Positions 18,295 through 27,658 are shown, numbered from the stretch's first letter. The stretch: DNA of 64,000 nt from an uncultured virus (IMG/VR IMGVR_UViG_3300001419_000001) (IMGVR_UViG_3300001419_000001:1-64000); one strand, 5' to 3'. Numbers and translations: made by a program. The notes: generated by a model from the sequence alone, not told the origin.

Positions 18295-18645
18295 TACCAT
18301 CCCATGACGGGTGGTGTAGTAGATTTCATTAAATATTTCTTTGCACCAATTCATGCACAGACAACATGGTCTGGACATTCTCCATTGATTGAGATAACCA
18401 AATCTAAAATTGACTAGTGTATATTTCCTGCACTTGTCTTTTACTTTGATCCAAGCATCCAACTCCGAATGAACTTCATCAAATCTATATTTGTATGAAG
18501 CAGCAAGGGGATGAGTCTTACGTTTGTTGATACCAACTGCAACAGGTCTTGACTTGTGCAGTATGATAGACACATGCTTAAACTTTCTTCCCTTAAGCAA
18601 AGGGAGTTGTTTCAATGCGAGATTTTCCAGAGCATCTATGTTCAT
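18283..18645 (-). CDS. Cytidine/dCMP deaminase-superfamily protein
   Basis: VHSELDA (HxE) and SRPCCLC (PCxxC) zinc motifs. Confidence 0.75.
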   Translation of the reverse strand: MNIDALENLALKQLPLLKGRKFKHVSIILHKSRPVAVGINKRKTHPLAASYKYRFDEVHSELDAWIKVKDKCRKYTLVNFRFGYLNQWRMSRPCCLCMNWCKEIFNEIYYTTRHGMVREV

Positions 18646-19016
18646 GCCTTTTCCATTGCAACTGTGAAGTAACCATCTTGATCAGGCTCTGCCCAATTCT
18701 TGCTGACATACAAGCCAATGATTTGGGAGTCGTCAATCCACAGTTTCTTGTTCATTAAATCCATAACGGCTTTAGCTAGGTTATCGACATCAGACTTTGG
18801 GAATGGCAACTTGGTTGTCTTTGGTCTCTTACAATAGCATTTGATATCGACCATCAATACATCATCAAAAGGAGTGAATCCTTTGAGCATTTCAGAGACA
18901 ACCTTTGATCCTTCTTCCCTGAACCGCTTGTAGGCACCCGTGTAGTAGGAACCATGCCTACCAACACGAGGCCTAGAAGCGGCAACTGGACTCACCGGAA
19001 AGGTGAGTTCAATCAT
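18642..19016 (-). CDS. rusA: RusA-like Holliday junction resolvase
   Basis: PVAASRPRV, DVDNLAKAVMD, WIDDSQI. Confidence 0.85.
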   Translation of the reverse strand: MIELTFPVSPVAASRPRVGRHGSYYTGAYKRFREEGSKVVSEMLKGFTPFDDVLMVDIKCYCKRPKTTKLPFPKSDVDNLAKAVMDLMNKKLWIDDSQIIGLYVSKNWAEPDQDGYFTVAMEKA

Positions 19017-19525
19017 TAGAAGGGAATGTCATCGCTGGATTCGGCAGCACCGGCTCCAACGAAGCCCCCATCAACAGTACCCATGCCGGAACCACCACCG
19101 GAACCCGGCTCGTAGTTACGCTTGATCAACTGGATCTTTTCCATGTAAAAGGAGACCGAGTTGTCTCTGGCAATGAGTGCTGGAGTAACCTTGACTCTAA
19201 CCACATCTGAACCAAATGGAATGGTTTCAGTGGGTTGGTCATTGCTGTCAAGCACAGGGAATGCCTTGACTCCCTTGCGTGCCTGAAGCACATTCTTGAA
19301 CCGGACAAGACGATTCCCAGTCTCAGGATCATTCTTGAGACCATTGATCTTCTTGCCACCAAGTTCCTTTGCAGCAGCCTCTAACTGCTTGTTAATCTCA
19401 TCATCAATAATTAGAGTGACAGAGTGATTGGGGTTGCCAAACTTGTCATCCGGGGACATGAGATGGGACCATCGCACTTCTGCGGGTCCGACAACAATGC
19501 TGTTGCCATAATTACTTTTCGTCAT
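19016..19525 (-). CDS. Single-stranded DNA-binding protein (T7 gp2.5-like)
   Basis: WSHLMSPDDKF...SVTL, GSDVVRV, IQLIK; acidic tail ending DDIPF; position in the replication module. Confidence 0.8.
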   Translation of the reverse strand: MTKSNYGNSIVVGPAEVRWSHLMSPDDKFGNPNHSVTLIIDDEINKQLEAAAKELGGKKINGLKNDPETGNRLVRFKNVLQARKGVKAFPVLDSNDQPTETIPFGSDVVRVKVTPALIARDNSVSFYMEKIQLIKRNYEPGSGGGSGMGTVDGGFVGAGAAESSDDIPF

Positions 19526-19763
19526 CAGATTCTACTCCTTCGATAACTGGGTCTGAAGCACCTTCTTCTTTCGGGTTCTTCATGACGAAATTCTGAACAT
19601 CATTCTTGTTTGTTTCAACAATGTTGTTCATGGTAGTGCGGATCTGGAAACTGATGTTGTCCAGAGCCATAAAAATCTCCCTTAAATACTGTAATACAGC
19701 ATTGGTTGCAACCATAGGGGGATACGATTGTTTGGGTTGTTCAGTCTTTTGTTCTTCAGTCAC
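19512..19763 (-). CDS. Hypothetical protein
   Basis: Probable GTG start coupled to the upstream stop, GGAGG SD. Confidence 0.5.
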   Translation of the reverse strand: MTEEQKTEQPKQSYPPMVATNAVLQYLREIFMALDNISFQIRTTMNNIVETNKNDVQNFVMKNPKEEGASDPVIEGVESDDEK

Positions 19764-20425
19764 ATGACCTCCAAGTAGGGATGACCATCCTTCACGACAC
19801 CACATGAAAGGAATGGTTTCTTTAATGAATATCTACCATAGAGCATGGCAAGATGTTCCGCATCCACACCACATCCCACATTCATACCAAAGACGGTGTC
19901 AGTTCCATTGTTATGATGAGAGATTGAAGCAACTGAATGCAAGTGACCACAGACGACGCTTCGTCTTAGATAACAGGCAGCATTGAATGCTGGGGTCTTG
20001 CCACTCCAATTGGTTCCGTGTGTGTATAGGATTCCATCTACAACATGGTCGTATGCCCATGTCCATCCTCTTGTTCCATATACGTCGTTATAAGGCTTCA
20101 AATACAAACTGGGAATACCTTCTGACTTGGCTCGACGCATCACACGCTCGTCATGATTGCCAATACAAACAACAGCATTGGGGAATGCCCGATACCATTG
20201 ATTGACTTGCTTCTGTGCAATCAAGTATTCACTATAAGCCGAAGGTAGATCTGGATTCTTTTCGTGGCGAGAGATTGCTTCATGATCAACGATGTCGCCA
20301 ATGAATACAGTCTTGTTTGTATTGTATTTCTTTGTTATCTTCTTGCAGAAAGAAAGATATTTGTCATGGGTTGCTGGTGCATGAAGATCACCAACAACTA
20401 GTACACTACTCATCTCTTCTTCCAC
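19760..20425 (-). CDS. Calcineurin-like metallophosphoesterase
   Basis: GDLH, GDIVD, GNHDER, THG, GHLH. Confidence 0.9.
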   Translation of the reverse strand: MEEEMSSVLVVGDLHAPATHDKYLSFCKKITKKYNTNKTVFIGDIVDHEAISRHEKNPDLPSAYSEYLIAQKQVNQWYRAFPNAVVCIGNHDERVMRRAKSEGIPSLYLKPYNDVYGTRGWTWAYDHVVDGILYTHGTNWSGKTPAFNAACYLRRSVVCGHLHSVASISHHNNGTDTVFGMNVGCGVDAEHLAMLYGRYSLKKPFLSCGVVKDGHPYLEVM

Positions 20426-20691
20426 CGTGCTTCAGCATCTCTTCGCCATTGCTCGGCTAGAGATGGGAGATCCACACGCTTTCTTGTATTAGGCACAGGA
20501 TGTGCAGAAACAAACTGACCTTCTTCATCTGCAACATGAACCCATTCCTCAACATACGCTTCGATGGGCTTATACACATCAATTAATTTGTTGATATGAT
20601 CTTGTTGAAGATTATTCAGACTTGGCTTTACGCCTTCTTCTGCGTTCTTTGTCACGTTTCTTTTCCTTTCTTTTTTTGAAGTACTTGTCAC
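20410..20691 (-). CDS. Hypothetical protein (start uncertain)
   Basis: ORF fills the gap and overlaps the phosphoesterase start. Confidence 0.45.
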   Translation of the reverse strand: MTSTSKKERKRNVTKNAEEGVKPSLNNLQQDHINKLIDVYKPIEAYVEEWVHVADEEGQFVSAHPVPNTRKRVDLPSLAEQWRRDAEARWKKR

Positions 20692-20740
20692 TGTCCCAAG
20701 ATCTTTGATCTTTTCTTCGGATGCTCTTGTCTTCAGCCAT
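20612..20740 (-). CDS. Arg/Lys-rich peptide (42 aa)
   Basis: Manual translation MAEDKSIRRKDQRSWDSDKYFKKRKEKKRDKERRRRRKAKSE; GAGG SD. Confidence 0.5.
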   Translation of the reverse strand: MAEDKSIRRKDQRSWDSDKYFKKRKEKKRDKERRRRRKAKSE

Positions 20741-20936
20741 CAAGCACCTCGTTTCTTAGATCATTGAGTTTATTCCATTGTTTGAGAATGCTTTCATGGA
20801 GAATAATATTGTTCTTTATTATTTTACCAAGAGCATCTGAATCAAGATCATAAACTCCCTGTTGACCGACAATGAAAACAAGTGACCTACCATCTGAGAA
20901 TTCCCTGTTTGTCCATACGATATCTTGCTTAGTCAT
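20733..20936 (-). CDS. Hypothetical protein
   Basis: 67-aa ORF overlapping both neighbours. Confidence 0.5.
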   Translation of the reverse strand: MTKQDIVWTNREFSDGRSLVFIVGQQGVYDLDSDALGKIIKNNIILHESILKQWNKLNDLRNEVLDG

Positions 20937-21294
20937 TTTTAATTCTGTCTAAGAGAATCTGCTGATGTAAGACCATGCACTTGGGAATCTTGTGGATCTG
21001 ACTGGTTTCGGCTGGGCCAACAGTTGATGCAACCACATATTGATTGGCATCTTCATGGATTAAAAAACCAACTGTGTACATGACAGGCAATTGAGTCTTG
21101 CTGTACTTCTTTGTGTCTGACATCTCCATCCATTCTGAACCTCCAATTGTTTGAGCATCAACCCAAGAAAAATATATAATTGGTTTTAAATATTTAACTG
21201 AAGAAGTATTGTGATTCAAGGACTTCATTGATGTCAAAGTCATCTTTTCTCTCCGGGATGTCAGGTAATCTGATTTCATATTTCTTTTCGACAT
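20929..21294 (-). CDS. Conserved phage hypothetical protein (true start probably later)
   Basis: W.DA....W...TVGFL...IPK.MV pattern common in phage proteins of unknown function. Confidence 0.6.
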   Translation of the reverse strand: MSKRNMKSDYLTSRREKMTLTSMKSLNHNTSSVKYLKPIIYFSWVDAQTIGGSEWMEMSDTKKYSKTQLPVMYTVGFLIHEDANQYVVASTVGPAETSQIHKIPKCMVLHQQILLDRIKND

Positions 21295-23626
21295 ATGATT
21301 TGAATTGTTTCAAGGGATTGTCTGTGTGAATCTTTACAAACGATTCTTTCAGAATCTTATCCATGATGTCCACATATGGACCATAGGTACCATATGAATC
21401 ATGAACAAAACTAAATGCCTTGATACCTTGCAGCCACATCTCATGTATGGTCATGAACATATGGGCTGCGTCCCAACTATGAATGAAGTTGGGAGATATG
21501 GCAAGATACTGTGCATCTCCATCGAGATCCTTGCTCAATGTGGAGAACACAAGTTGTTGCTTGTTGAACAACTCAGCATAAGAGATACGTTCAATGATTT
21601 GATTGTACACATGCTGAACAACAAAGCCACTGCTTGTTTCCCAAAGCAATGGTTTGTTTGTTGCGTTGATTAAACGAGCAACTTCTCTCAAGTAGTCTTT
21701 GCCCTTGTTGGGTTCTTCCATTGTACCTTGCAATCCACTTTGCAAAGCACGGGACAACTCAACTATTGCACTACCTCGCTCTTCCTTTGGAACCCAATCA
21801 ACATGACCTTCTTCTTTGACATACTTTTGTATGCCGTAGAAGGTTAGACCATAGGAGTCACACATGGTGCTTCTCTTTGCGACAGATCTTGGAAGTTCAT
21901 CATGCCAATACTCTTTGAATTTATCATACCATTCAACATCATCAATGTTGTTGGAGATGATTTCATAAGTCTTGTCTGCCACATGTTGATACAGATCTTG
22001 AGGCTTGTCACTTGGCAAGACATTGGTTAACTTAGCCAACTTCTTGTCTCGCATGATTGCAGCCCAGTGCTGCACACCATTGTTTGCACCATCCTTTTGA
22101 ACAGGCAACTGAGTCATGCCATCGGTTCGACACAACTCAAAACAAGCAGCAAGTCTTTGAAATGATGGGTTCTTCTTCTTTGCATTGGATACCCATTCTT
22201 GATTATTGAGTGGATCTTCTGCAATGGATTTGATCATGTCCATATTGTCATCAACCCACCTGACTCTTTCTTCATAGGTCAACTTGTCCTTGTCGAACAG
22301 GTTGGCGGTATGAACCTTGAGCCACCACAGTCCCTTCTCCGTCTGCTGGATTGGTTCTGCGAAGTGGATCAATGCACGATCAAAGTCGATGCCTTGGCAT
22401 GACAGAAGTTCACATACGGTGTATGCTCTGCCTCTGAAGTCCAAGGTGTAAGGCATGTAGAAGAAGTCATTGAGAAGAAGTGTCCGAGCAAGAGACAGAC
22501 GCACAATCATTCTGCTGCGTGCCTGTTCCTCCTTGTACCACTCACCCCATGCTTCAGTGGATTCCGACATCCACAATGCCTTTTCTCTTTTTGTGCCATC
22601 TTCTGGGTAAGGACGAGAGAATGCAAAGTCTTTCTGCGTGTAGGCAGGAAGGTTTGCAATCTTGTAGTCAAACTTGAACATGGTGGACATGACTTCAAAT
22701 ACTTTCTTGTTGATGGACCATTCAGTCATCATCAAGGCATTGATGCCATCAATAACCATATCAGAAGGCTTGGACTTGTAGTCTCTTGGATCACAGCCAA
22801 TGGGATGATATCTCTTGATCATCTTCTTTCTGATCCAAGGATTCAAGAAACCACCATCCTTGTCCTTGGTATGCAATGCAGGAGGGCAAAGCATTGGTCT
22901 GTAGACCATGCTTCCAGTCTCAAGCATCTGATGCCTATTGCCTAGTTCCTTGAGTACATCTGGAGCAAATGAAACAAGAAGAGACTTCTTGCGTCGTCCG
23001 GTCCAGACAACCTTGCCTTCCAAGATGTCGGAAGACAATGCAATGCGTAGCATGTTGTGACCAAAGTCTTCCTTCTGTTTGGGAGTGTATTTATATACCA
23101 TTCCCATTTTCTTAGTGAAGGCCCTGGCCCTCTTGGGTGTCCAGTTCTTGATGAACTTGGATTGTCTCAGCCAATCGTCCTTGAATTTCTTCTTGGCTCT
23201 TTGGTATGAGACAATATTGATTACATTATCTGCAACCAACTTGGCAATTGTTTGTGCGCTGGGTGCAGACAAAGGTACACCATGAACAAAGTCAATGTTT
23301 GTCATGTTGGTTCTGCTTAGAAACAATTCAATCACTGCTCTTACAGTGATGTCAGCCATCTTTGCAGCACCAATAGACAACAAAGGAGGAAGCCACTCGG
23401 GATTCTTTGGACCACTACATACCTTGTCTATCCATTGTTGATAGAATGGAGTGAGGTGGATGACAGCAGACTCAAGAAGCAACTGCTCAGGTTTGCCTTC
23501 ATCCTTCACTCTATCCCACTCTCTCCAATACCTTTCAATTCCTGCGGTTAGAAGATCCTCTTCCCACAGGAGTTGCTGGTCTGTCTTTTGTTTCTTTTCT
23601 TCTGAACTTAGTTTGTCCCAAAGCAT
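21194..23626 (-). CDS. T7-like single-subunit RNA polymerase (810 aa)
   Basis: PMLCPP, DFRGRAY, motif A DGANNGVQH, QDLY, motif B RSVAKRSTMCDSYG, PNFIHSWDAAH, motif C VHDSYG. Confidence 0.97.
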   Translation of the reverse strand: MLWDKLSSEEKKQKTDQQLLWEEDLLTAGIERYWREWDRVKDEGKPEQLLLESAVIHLTPFYQQWIDKVCSGPKNPEWLPPLLSIGAAKMADITVRAVIELFLSRTNMTNIDFVHGVPLSAPSAQTIAKLVADNVINIVSYQRAKKKFKDDWLRQSKFIKNWTPKRARAFTKKMGMVYKYTPKQKEDFGHNMLRIALSSDILEGKVVWTGRRKKSLLVSFAPDVLKELGNRHQMLETGSMVYRPMLCPPALHTKDKDGGFLNPWIRKKMIKRYHPIGCDPRDYKSKPSDMVIDGINALMMTEWSINKKVFEVMSTMFKFDYKIANLPAYTQKDFAFSRPYPEDGTKREKALWMSESTEAWGEWYKEEQARSRMIVRLSLARTLLLNDFFYMPYTLDFRGRAYTVCELLSCQGIDFDRALIHFAEPIQQTEKGLWWLKVHTANLFDKDKLTYEERVRWVDDNMDMIKSIAEDPLNNQEWVSNAKKKNPSFQRLAACFELCRTDGMTQLPVQKDGANNGVQHWAAIMRDKKLAKLTNVLPSDKPQDLYQHVADKTYEIISNNIDDVEWYDKFKEYWHDELPRSVAKRSTMCDSYGLTFYGIQKYVKEEGHVDWVPKEERGSAIVELSRALQSGLQGTMEEPNKGKDYLREVARLINATNKPLLWETSSGFVVQHVYNQIIERISYAELFNKQQLVFSTLSKDLDGDAQYLAISPNFIHSWDAAHMFMTIHEMWLQGIKAFSFVHDSYGTYGPYVDIMDKILKESFVKIHTDNPLKQFKSYVEKKYEIRLPDIPERKDDFDINEVLESQYFFS

Positions 23627-24318
23627 TAATGTTCCTGATAATTATCAGTAAGATATTCCCAACACACAGGAAACAATTCCTTCATGATGACTCCGATTGC
23701 AGAGGCATACTGTTGGATTTCCCATTGTGCATGAGGATGAATTCTTTGATTGTAGAATCTAGCATAAGCAGCAAGACTGCCAGTCCAGATCCACTCAGTG
23801 AACGTACCTTGGGGGAGGACAAAACGAGCCTGCTCTGGTGCAACACCAGAATCAAGAAGTTTCCTGTAAGACCTGAATGCACAGTCAGTTGCAAATCTGT
23901 ATGCTGCATCCATGGACTTGACAGGATCTTCCGCATCTGATTCAAGATCCCATTCAATAAAATTGGATGAGCCTTGCTTGCTGTTGGTTGGCTTGCCTCG
24001 CCACTTGGGATGGTAGAATTCTGGAAAACCGAGTTCCACATATCTACCACTAACTTCATTCTCTACAAAGCCTTGCTTATGCTTGAAGAACTGGGTTCTG
24101 ATGGAGATAGGTGCCTTGATCCTCAAAGAGATCTGAGGATGGGCAAAGGGAGTCCAGTGATAGTGTCTTGCAAGATATGAAATCAACTTCTCATCTGAAC
24201 TATCAAAACTAAATTTCTCCTTTTTGAAAGACACTCTTGCTGCATTGACAACAGTGAGATCATCTCCCATGTGGTCAATCAAGGTGACTTTTCCACGCCC
24301 AAGCAATTCAATATCCAT
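23626..24318 (-). CDS. thyX: Flavin-dependent thymidylate synthase
   Basis: VVNAARVSF, HWTPFAH, KHK...NEVSGRY, EQARFVLP, HAQWEI. Confidence 0.93.
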   Translation of the reverse strand: MDIELLGRGKVTLIDHMGDDLTVVNAARVSFKKEKFSFDSSDEKLISYLARHYHWTPFAHPQISLRIKAPISIRTQFFKHKQGFVENEVSGRYVELGFPEFYHPKWRGKPTNSKQGSSNFIEWDLESDAEDPVKSMDAAYRFATDCAFRSYRKLLDSGVAPEQARFVLPQGTFTEWIWTGSLAAYARFYNQRIHPHAQWEIQQYASAIGVIMKELFPVCWEYLTDNYQEH

Positions 24319-24769
24319 GGTTTTTCAGACTCCTTAGTAAAGTGCTAGGAAGAACACAAAAAGGTAGGTCTATGTCACAAGAATAATTCAACATCTTTCT
24401 TGTAAACGAAACACAATCTTGTTTGAGGAATCCCAGCAGACCAAACGAATAAAACCAAGCATACACAGTCCACTTCTTGACAGGAATATACTTAGACATC
24501 ATTGCTATGTCCAATAACCTATCATCTTCAATTTCAGTTATTGGAATTGATAATGAAGGTGGACCAAATGCTCGATCAGAAACTCTTCTAGTTACCCATT
24601 GTACTTTGTTTGTAAAAGGATGGACGACCCAATCGCCATACTGGATAGCGAGATGGGTTACGTCCTCCTTACCGTACAATGCTCTTAGGATTGGAAGATG
24701 GATGTAGTATGTCCATCCCATTCTCTCAAGAGATGTCCACTTGTAGCCTAATACAGATACATCAATCAT
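24308..24769 (-). CDS. Possible permuted papain-like (NlpC/P60-type) protein
   Basis: THLAI...VVH precedes QDCVSF and a later LPS.L, the His-before-Cys order of permuted NlpC/P60 enzymes. Confidence 0.45.
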   Translation of the reverse strand: MIDVSVLGYKWTSLERMGWTYYIHLPILRALYGKEDVTHLAIQYGDWVVHPFTNKVQWVTRRVSDRAFGPPSLSIPITEIEDDRLLDIAMMSKYIPVKKWTVYAWFYSFGLLGFLKQDCVSFTRKMLNYSCDIDLPFCVLPSTLLRSLKNHGY

Positions 24770-25050
24770 TGAGGTCTTTTATCAAGGACTTTCTGGGTAT
24801 TGCTAAGTGCCTTGGTTACAGGATCATCCTTTGACCATGCAATACTATCAAGAACAGACAACTCGTATCGAGTCAGTTCTATAATAGCACGAACAATTTC
24901 CTTGTTCAAACCCCAAACAGAAGAGTAACTTGGAAGATGATCAACAACATCAGGTTGCTTGGCAAGTTCCTTCAACACCTCTTCCAAGTCTTCACGACAC
25001 TGACGAAGAACTGTAGTGGTATAACGAATTTGATCAGTGGTTGTTACCAT
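24766..25050 (-). CDS. Hypothetical protein
   Basis: 94 aa, AAGGA SD. Confidence 0.6.
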   Translation of the reverse strand: MVTTTDQIRYTTTVLRQCREDLEEVLKELAKQPDVVDHLPSYSSVWGLNKEIVRAIIELTRYELSVLDSIAWSKDDPVTKALSNTQKVLDKRPQ

Positions 25051-25059
25051 TCTTATTCC

Positions 25060-25989
25060 TTAAACGCGAGTAAGAGTAGTGGCAAACAGACGCTCCTTGG
25101 TTGAAGCATTGTTGCCAAAGAAGTTGGACACAAAGCGATTCTCAGTCTTGTTCTCACCCCTGTACGAAGTGTCATGATCAAGCCACTTGGTGATGGCATT
25201 CATGGCAGTCCAGAGGTTTGCACCACACTCATCAGTCTCATTGTCGAAGTTGATGTTCCACTTGAGAATAGCATTGATCTTCTTGGTATGGGCACGAACC
25301 TCAGCATCAGACTTGGGATTATTAGGAACATTCTTTACAAACTTGTTGTACATGTGGCTAAAGTAGTCATAAAGCATGATGGAATCAACACTCTTAGCAG
25401 CAAGAGTTCTGCTGTTGTTTGTAAACTCTTCAGTTCTCTTATAGAACTCACCAAGAGTATTTATAAGGGACTCCATCTTGTCACCCATGTTTCCCTTGTG
25501 ACGGATGGAGATGTAGGAACCTTGGGCTCTACCTTCTCTCATTGCCATGTTCAAAGTATTCTGACAGATGACACGGACAGACGTAGGCGTCCCCCCAAGG
25601 CTCTGCATTCCATTGTGACCATTGGTCAGCAAAAGATACGGAAACACATCATCATTGCCAGAGACGTTGAATGCGTCGGCTTCAATTGAAAGCCAGACCT
25701 TTTCTCCATGGCTGAGTTCACCAGCAGTTGACACCTTCATGTTATTGTTTCTGGTGATGGTCTCCGCCATATACACAAGTTCTTTATTTTGAACAATCTG
25801 ATAGTTCTCGGACACGATACCAAGGACTCTACCATTGTCCGTACGAACCGTGGCTCTCTTGTCTAGGGTATACCCCTCCACGCTCGGACATGGAGCATGA
25901 AGACAATCAGACAACTCAACGGTCCAGTCGAGGTTAGCATCCTTGAGGATGTTGCCATTGTTGGTCTTGCCAACATTAAATACACTCAT
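25060..25989 (-). CDS. DUF932-family phage/plasmid protein
   Basis: ANLDWTV, RTDN..VLGIVSENYQIVQN, YLLLTNGHNG, TSVRVICQNTL, NLWTAMNAIT.W.DH. Confidence 0.88.
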   Translation of the reverse strand: MSVFNVGKTNNGNILKDANLDWTVELSDCLHAPCPSVEGYTLDKRATVRTDNGRVLGIVSENYQIVQNKELVYMAETITRNNNMKVSTAGELSHGEKVWLSIEADAFNVSGNDDVFPYLLLTNGHNGMQSLGGTPTSVRVICQNTLNMAMREGRAQGSYISIRHKGNMGDKMESLINTLGEFYKRTEEFTNNSRTLAAKSVDSIMLYDYFSHMYNKFVKNVPNNPKSDAEVRAHTKKINAILKWNINFDNETDECGANLWTAMNAITKWLDHDTSYRGENKTENRFVSNFFGNNASTKERLFATTLTRV

Positions 25990-26312
25990 GAGTTAGACTC
26001 CTGTTCAAGAAACATTTGTGGCAAATCAATATGATCATCTTCATTGTCACGCTTGGTTTCAATTAAGTTGATATTATTAATAAGCCAATCAGTAAAAGGT
26101 TGAAGTTTATTCCTAGGGAAATATCCATGGACTCCCATTCCAATGAGATCATGGCGAATAAGGGCATTGTCAATTATTGCAATCTCAACTGAATCAGAAT
26201 CTGAATATGTTCCTTCCCCAGAGATAGCAGAAAGGTATATATTATTATCTTTGCTGATATAATATTTTGTTCGATGGATCCAGCCATCATATCGTATAAA
26301 TGGATAACTCAT
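25986..26312 (-). CDS. Hypothetical protein
   Basis: Likely start MSYPF with AGGA SD. Confidence 0.5.
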   Translation of the reverse strand: MSYPFIRYDGWIHRTKYYISKDNNIYLSAISGEGTYSDSDSVEIAIIDNALIRHDLIGMGVHGYFPRNKLQPFTDWLINNINLIETKRDNEDDHIDLPQMFLEQESNS

Positions 26313-26499
26313 TGTCTTTCCTGTAGCAAGCAAAGGGGATCCAATCCTTTCCCTTGAGGATCCAGCCATCATAGGTGTAATCCTCAATCTTCCCTTGTTT
26401 CAACAAGTCTTCCAGTAAAGTGAACTTCTGAGTAGGAAGAGTCCCATTCAAATTCCGAAGGCTCGTCTTCCCAATGCTCTTTGACATCCCTTCTTTCAC
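26287..26499 (-). CDS. Hypothetical protein
   Basis: GTGA overlap with the upstream ORF, AGGAG SD. Confidence 0.5.
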   Translation of the reverse strand: MKEGMSKSIGKTSLRNLNGTLPTQKFTLLEDLLKQGKIEDYTYDGWILKGKDWIPFACYRKDNELSIYTI

Positions 26500-26702
26500 G
26501 GAGATACTCCTCTAGATAAGAGTTCAATGTCAATGCGATCAATTTCTTGCTGCATTTCAGACAGAAACTCATTGGAATCTGGAAAATCGACAGGCAATTC
26601 TTGAGCATTTGCCATTTCCTTTATCATAATAAACACATTCCGTGCAATCACAAGGGATTGCGTATCAAATTCTTCAAGATTTTCTGGAGGTTTAAGCATC
26701 AT
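26496..26702 (-). CDS. Hypothetical acidic protein
   Basis: 68 aa, first ORF after the tRNA pair. Confidence 0.55.
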   Translation of the reverse strand: MMLKPPENLEEFDTQSLVIARNVFIMIKEMANAQELPVDFPDSNEFLSEMQQEIDRIDIELLSRGVSP

Positions 26703-26773
26703 TTACATCATGCTTCCTTTCTGTATACTAGGTTATTGGGATCTGTATCATAACTATATACAATACAAAGATA

Positions 26774-26846
26774 TAGGACCACTGGGACTCGAACCCAGAC
26801 TGGATGGATTTTAAGTCCACTGCCTCTGCCGTTGGGCTATGGTCCC
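26774..26846 (-). tRNA. tRNA-Leu(TAA), short variable loop, no encoded CCA
   Basis: GGGACCA TA GCC..GGC A GTGGA CT-TAA-AA TCCAT CCAGT CTGGG TTCGAGT CCCAG TGGTCCT A. Confidence 0.85.
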
Positions 26847-26912
26847 GGTGGGACTCGAACCCACAACTTACGGATTAAAAGTCCGCTACTCTACCAATTG
26901 AGTTACGAGACC
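26840..26912 (-). tRNA. tRNA-Lys(TTT)
   Basis: GGTCTCG TA ACTC..GAGT A GCGGA CT-TTT-AA TCCGT AAGTT GTGGG TTCGAGT CCCAC CGGGACC A. Confidence 0.93.
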
Positions 26913-26956
26913 GTACAGTTGAGGGTAGTTTTATTACCCACAATGCGTATTATTTA

Positions 26957-27151
26957 TCAGTCATTGAACTCAGCCTGCCACTCTTCATCAGTTACTCCAC
27001 TAATGATGAACTCCCTGTCAGAAGGGGGCAGGTGAGGAGCAACGACTTGGATATGCTCTCCCTTCAACCAGTTGTCATATTGCTCTTGGGTAATGTCAAT
27101 AATCTTTGTTCTTTTGATACCCGAGAACATGCTAACTCTAGTGATTTCCAT
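26957..27151 (-). CDS. Conserved phage hypothetical protein
   Basis: TAAGGAG SD; R.S..SG...W..G..IQ...PHL...DREFIISG.T.EEW pattern. Confidence 0.75.
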   Translation of the reverse strand: MEITRVSMFSGIKRTKIIDITQEQYDNWLKGEHIQVVAPHLPPSDREFIISGVTDEEWQAEFND

Positions 27152-27165
27152 GGGTGTCTCCTTAG

Positions 27166-27239
27166 CGTTCCCGGCTGGACTCGAACCAGCAACCTACTGC
27201 TTAGAAGGCAGTTGCTCTATCCGATTGAGCCACGGGAAC
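27166..27239 (-). tRNA. tRNA-Arg(TCT)
   Basis: GTTCCCG TG GCTC..GAGC A ACTGC CT-TCT-AA GCAGT AGGTT GCTGG TTCGAGT CCAGC CGGGAAC G. Confidence 0.93.
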
Positions 27240-27244
27240 AATTG

Positions 27245-27424
27245 CTAAAATTGATATTCATTTAGACCAATTTCAAGAATTGGAGTGACATCATATATCT
27301 TTTCACTACCATTTGAAACTCGTTCAAGTTGGTCCTTGGTAAGAACTACAATGCAACAACCTTCCAACCCACTGAAAGTTTCACCATCATTCAATACCAC
27401 AACAGAAACAGTTTCATTATTCAC
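27245..27424 (-). CDS. Hypothetical protein (59 aa)
   Basis: AAGGAG SD, GTG start overlapping the upstream stop; MNNETVSVVVLNDGETFSGLEGC... Confidence 0.6.
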   Translation of the reverse strand: MNNETVSVVVLNDGETFSGLEGCCIVVLTKDQLERVSNGSEKIYDVTPILEIGLNEYQF

Positions 27425-27561
27425 CGTAGTCTCCTTCCACTACCACTTTTGGCGACTCTTTTCCATTTGTTACCCCACTTGGGCTTCATCTTGCGAGGCT
27501 TGCCTTTCTTGAGGATGTCCCTCAAGCGTTGCCTCTTTATGCCAGTTGACAATTTAGCCAT
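27421..27561 (-). CDS. Small very basic protein (46 aa)
   Basis: AGGAG SD; MAKLSTGIKRQRLRDILKKGKPRKMKPKWGNKWKRVAKSGSGRRLR. Confidence 0.55.
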   Translation of the reverse strand: MAKLSTGIKRQRLRDILKKGKPRKMKPKWGNKWKRVAKSGSGRRLR

Positions 27562-27658
27562 GTTGATCTCCTAGGCATTGTTGACTCTTACATCAAGGAG
27601 TTGACATTTTGTCATGCTGATCTCCTTGTAAAATTAATTCAGAGGATGCTTGCTTCTG

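Noticed and set aside
27540..27610. TTGACA/TTGACT hexamers as sigma70 promoters
   Set aside because: On the non-coding strand, no good -10 box, and explained by the duplicated start cassette.
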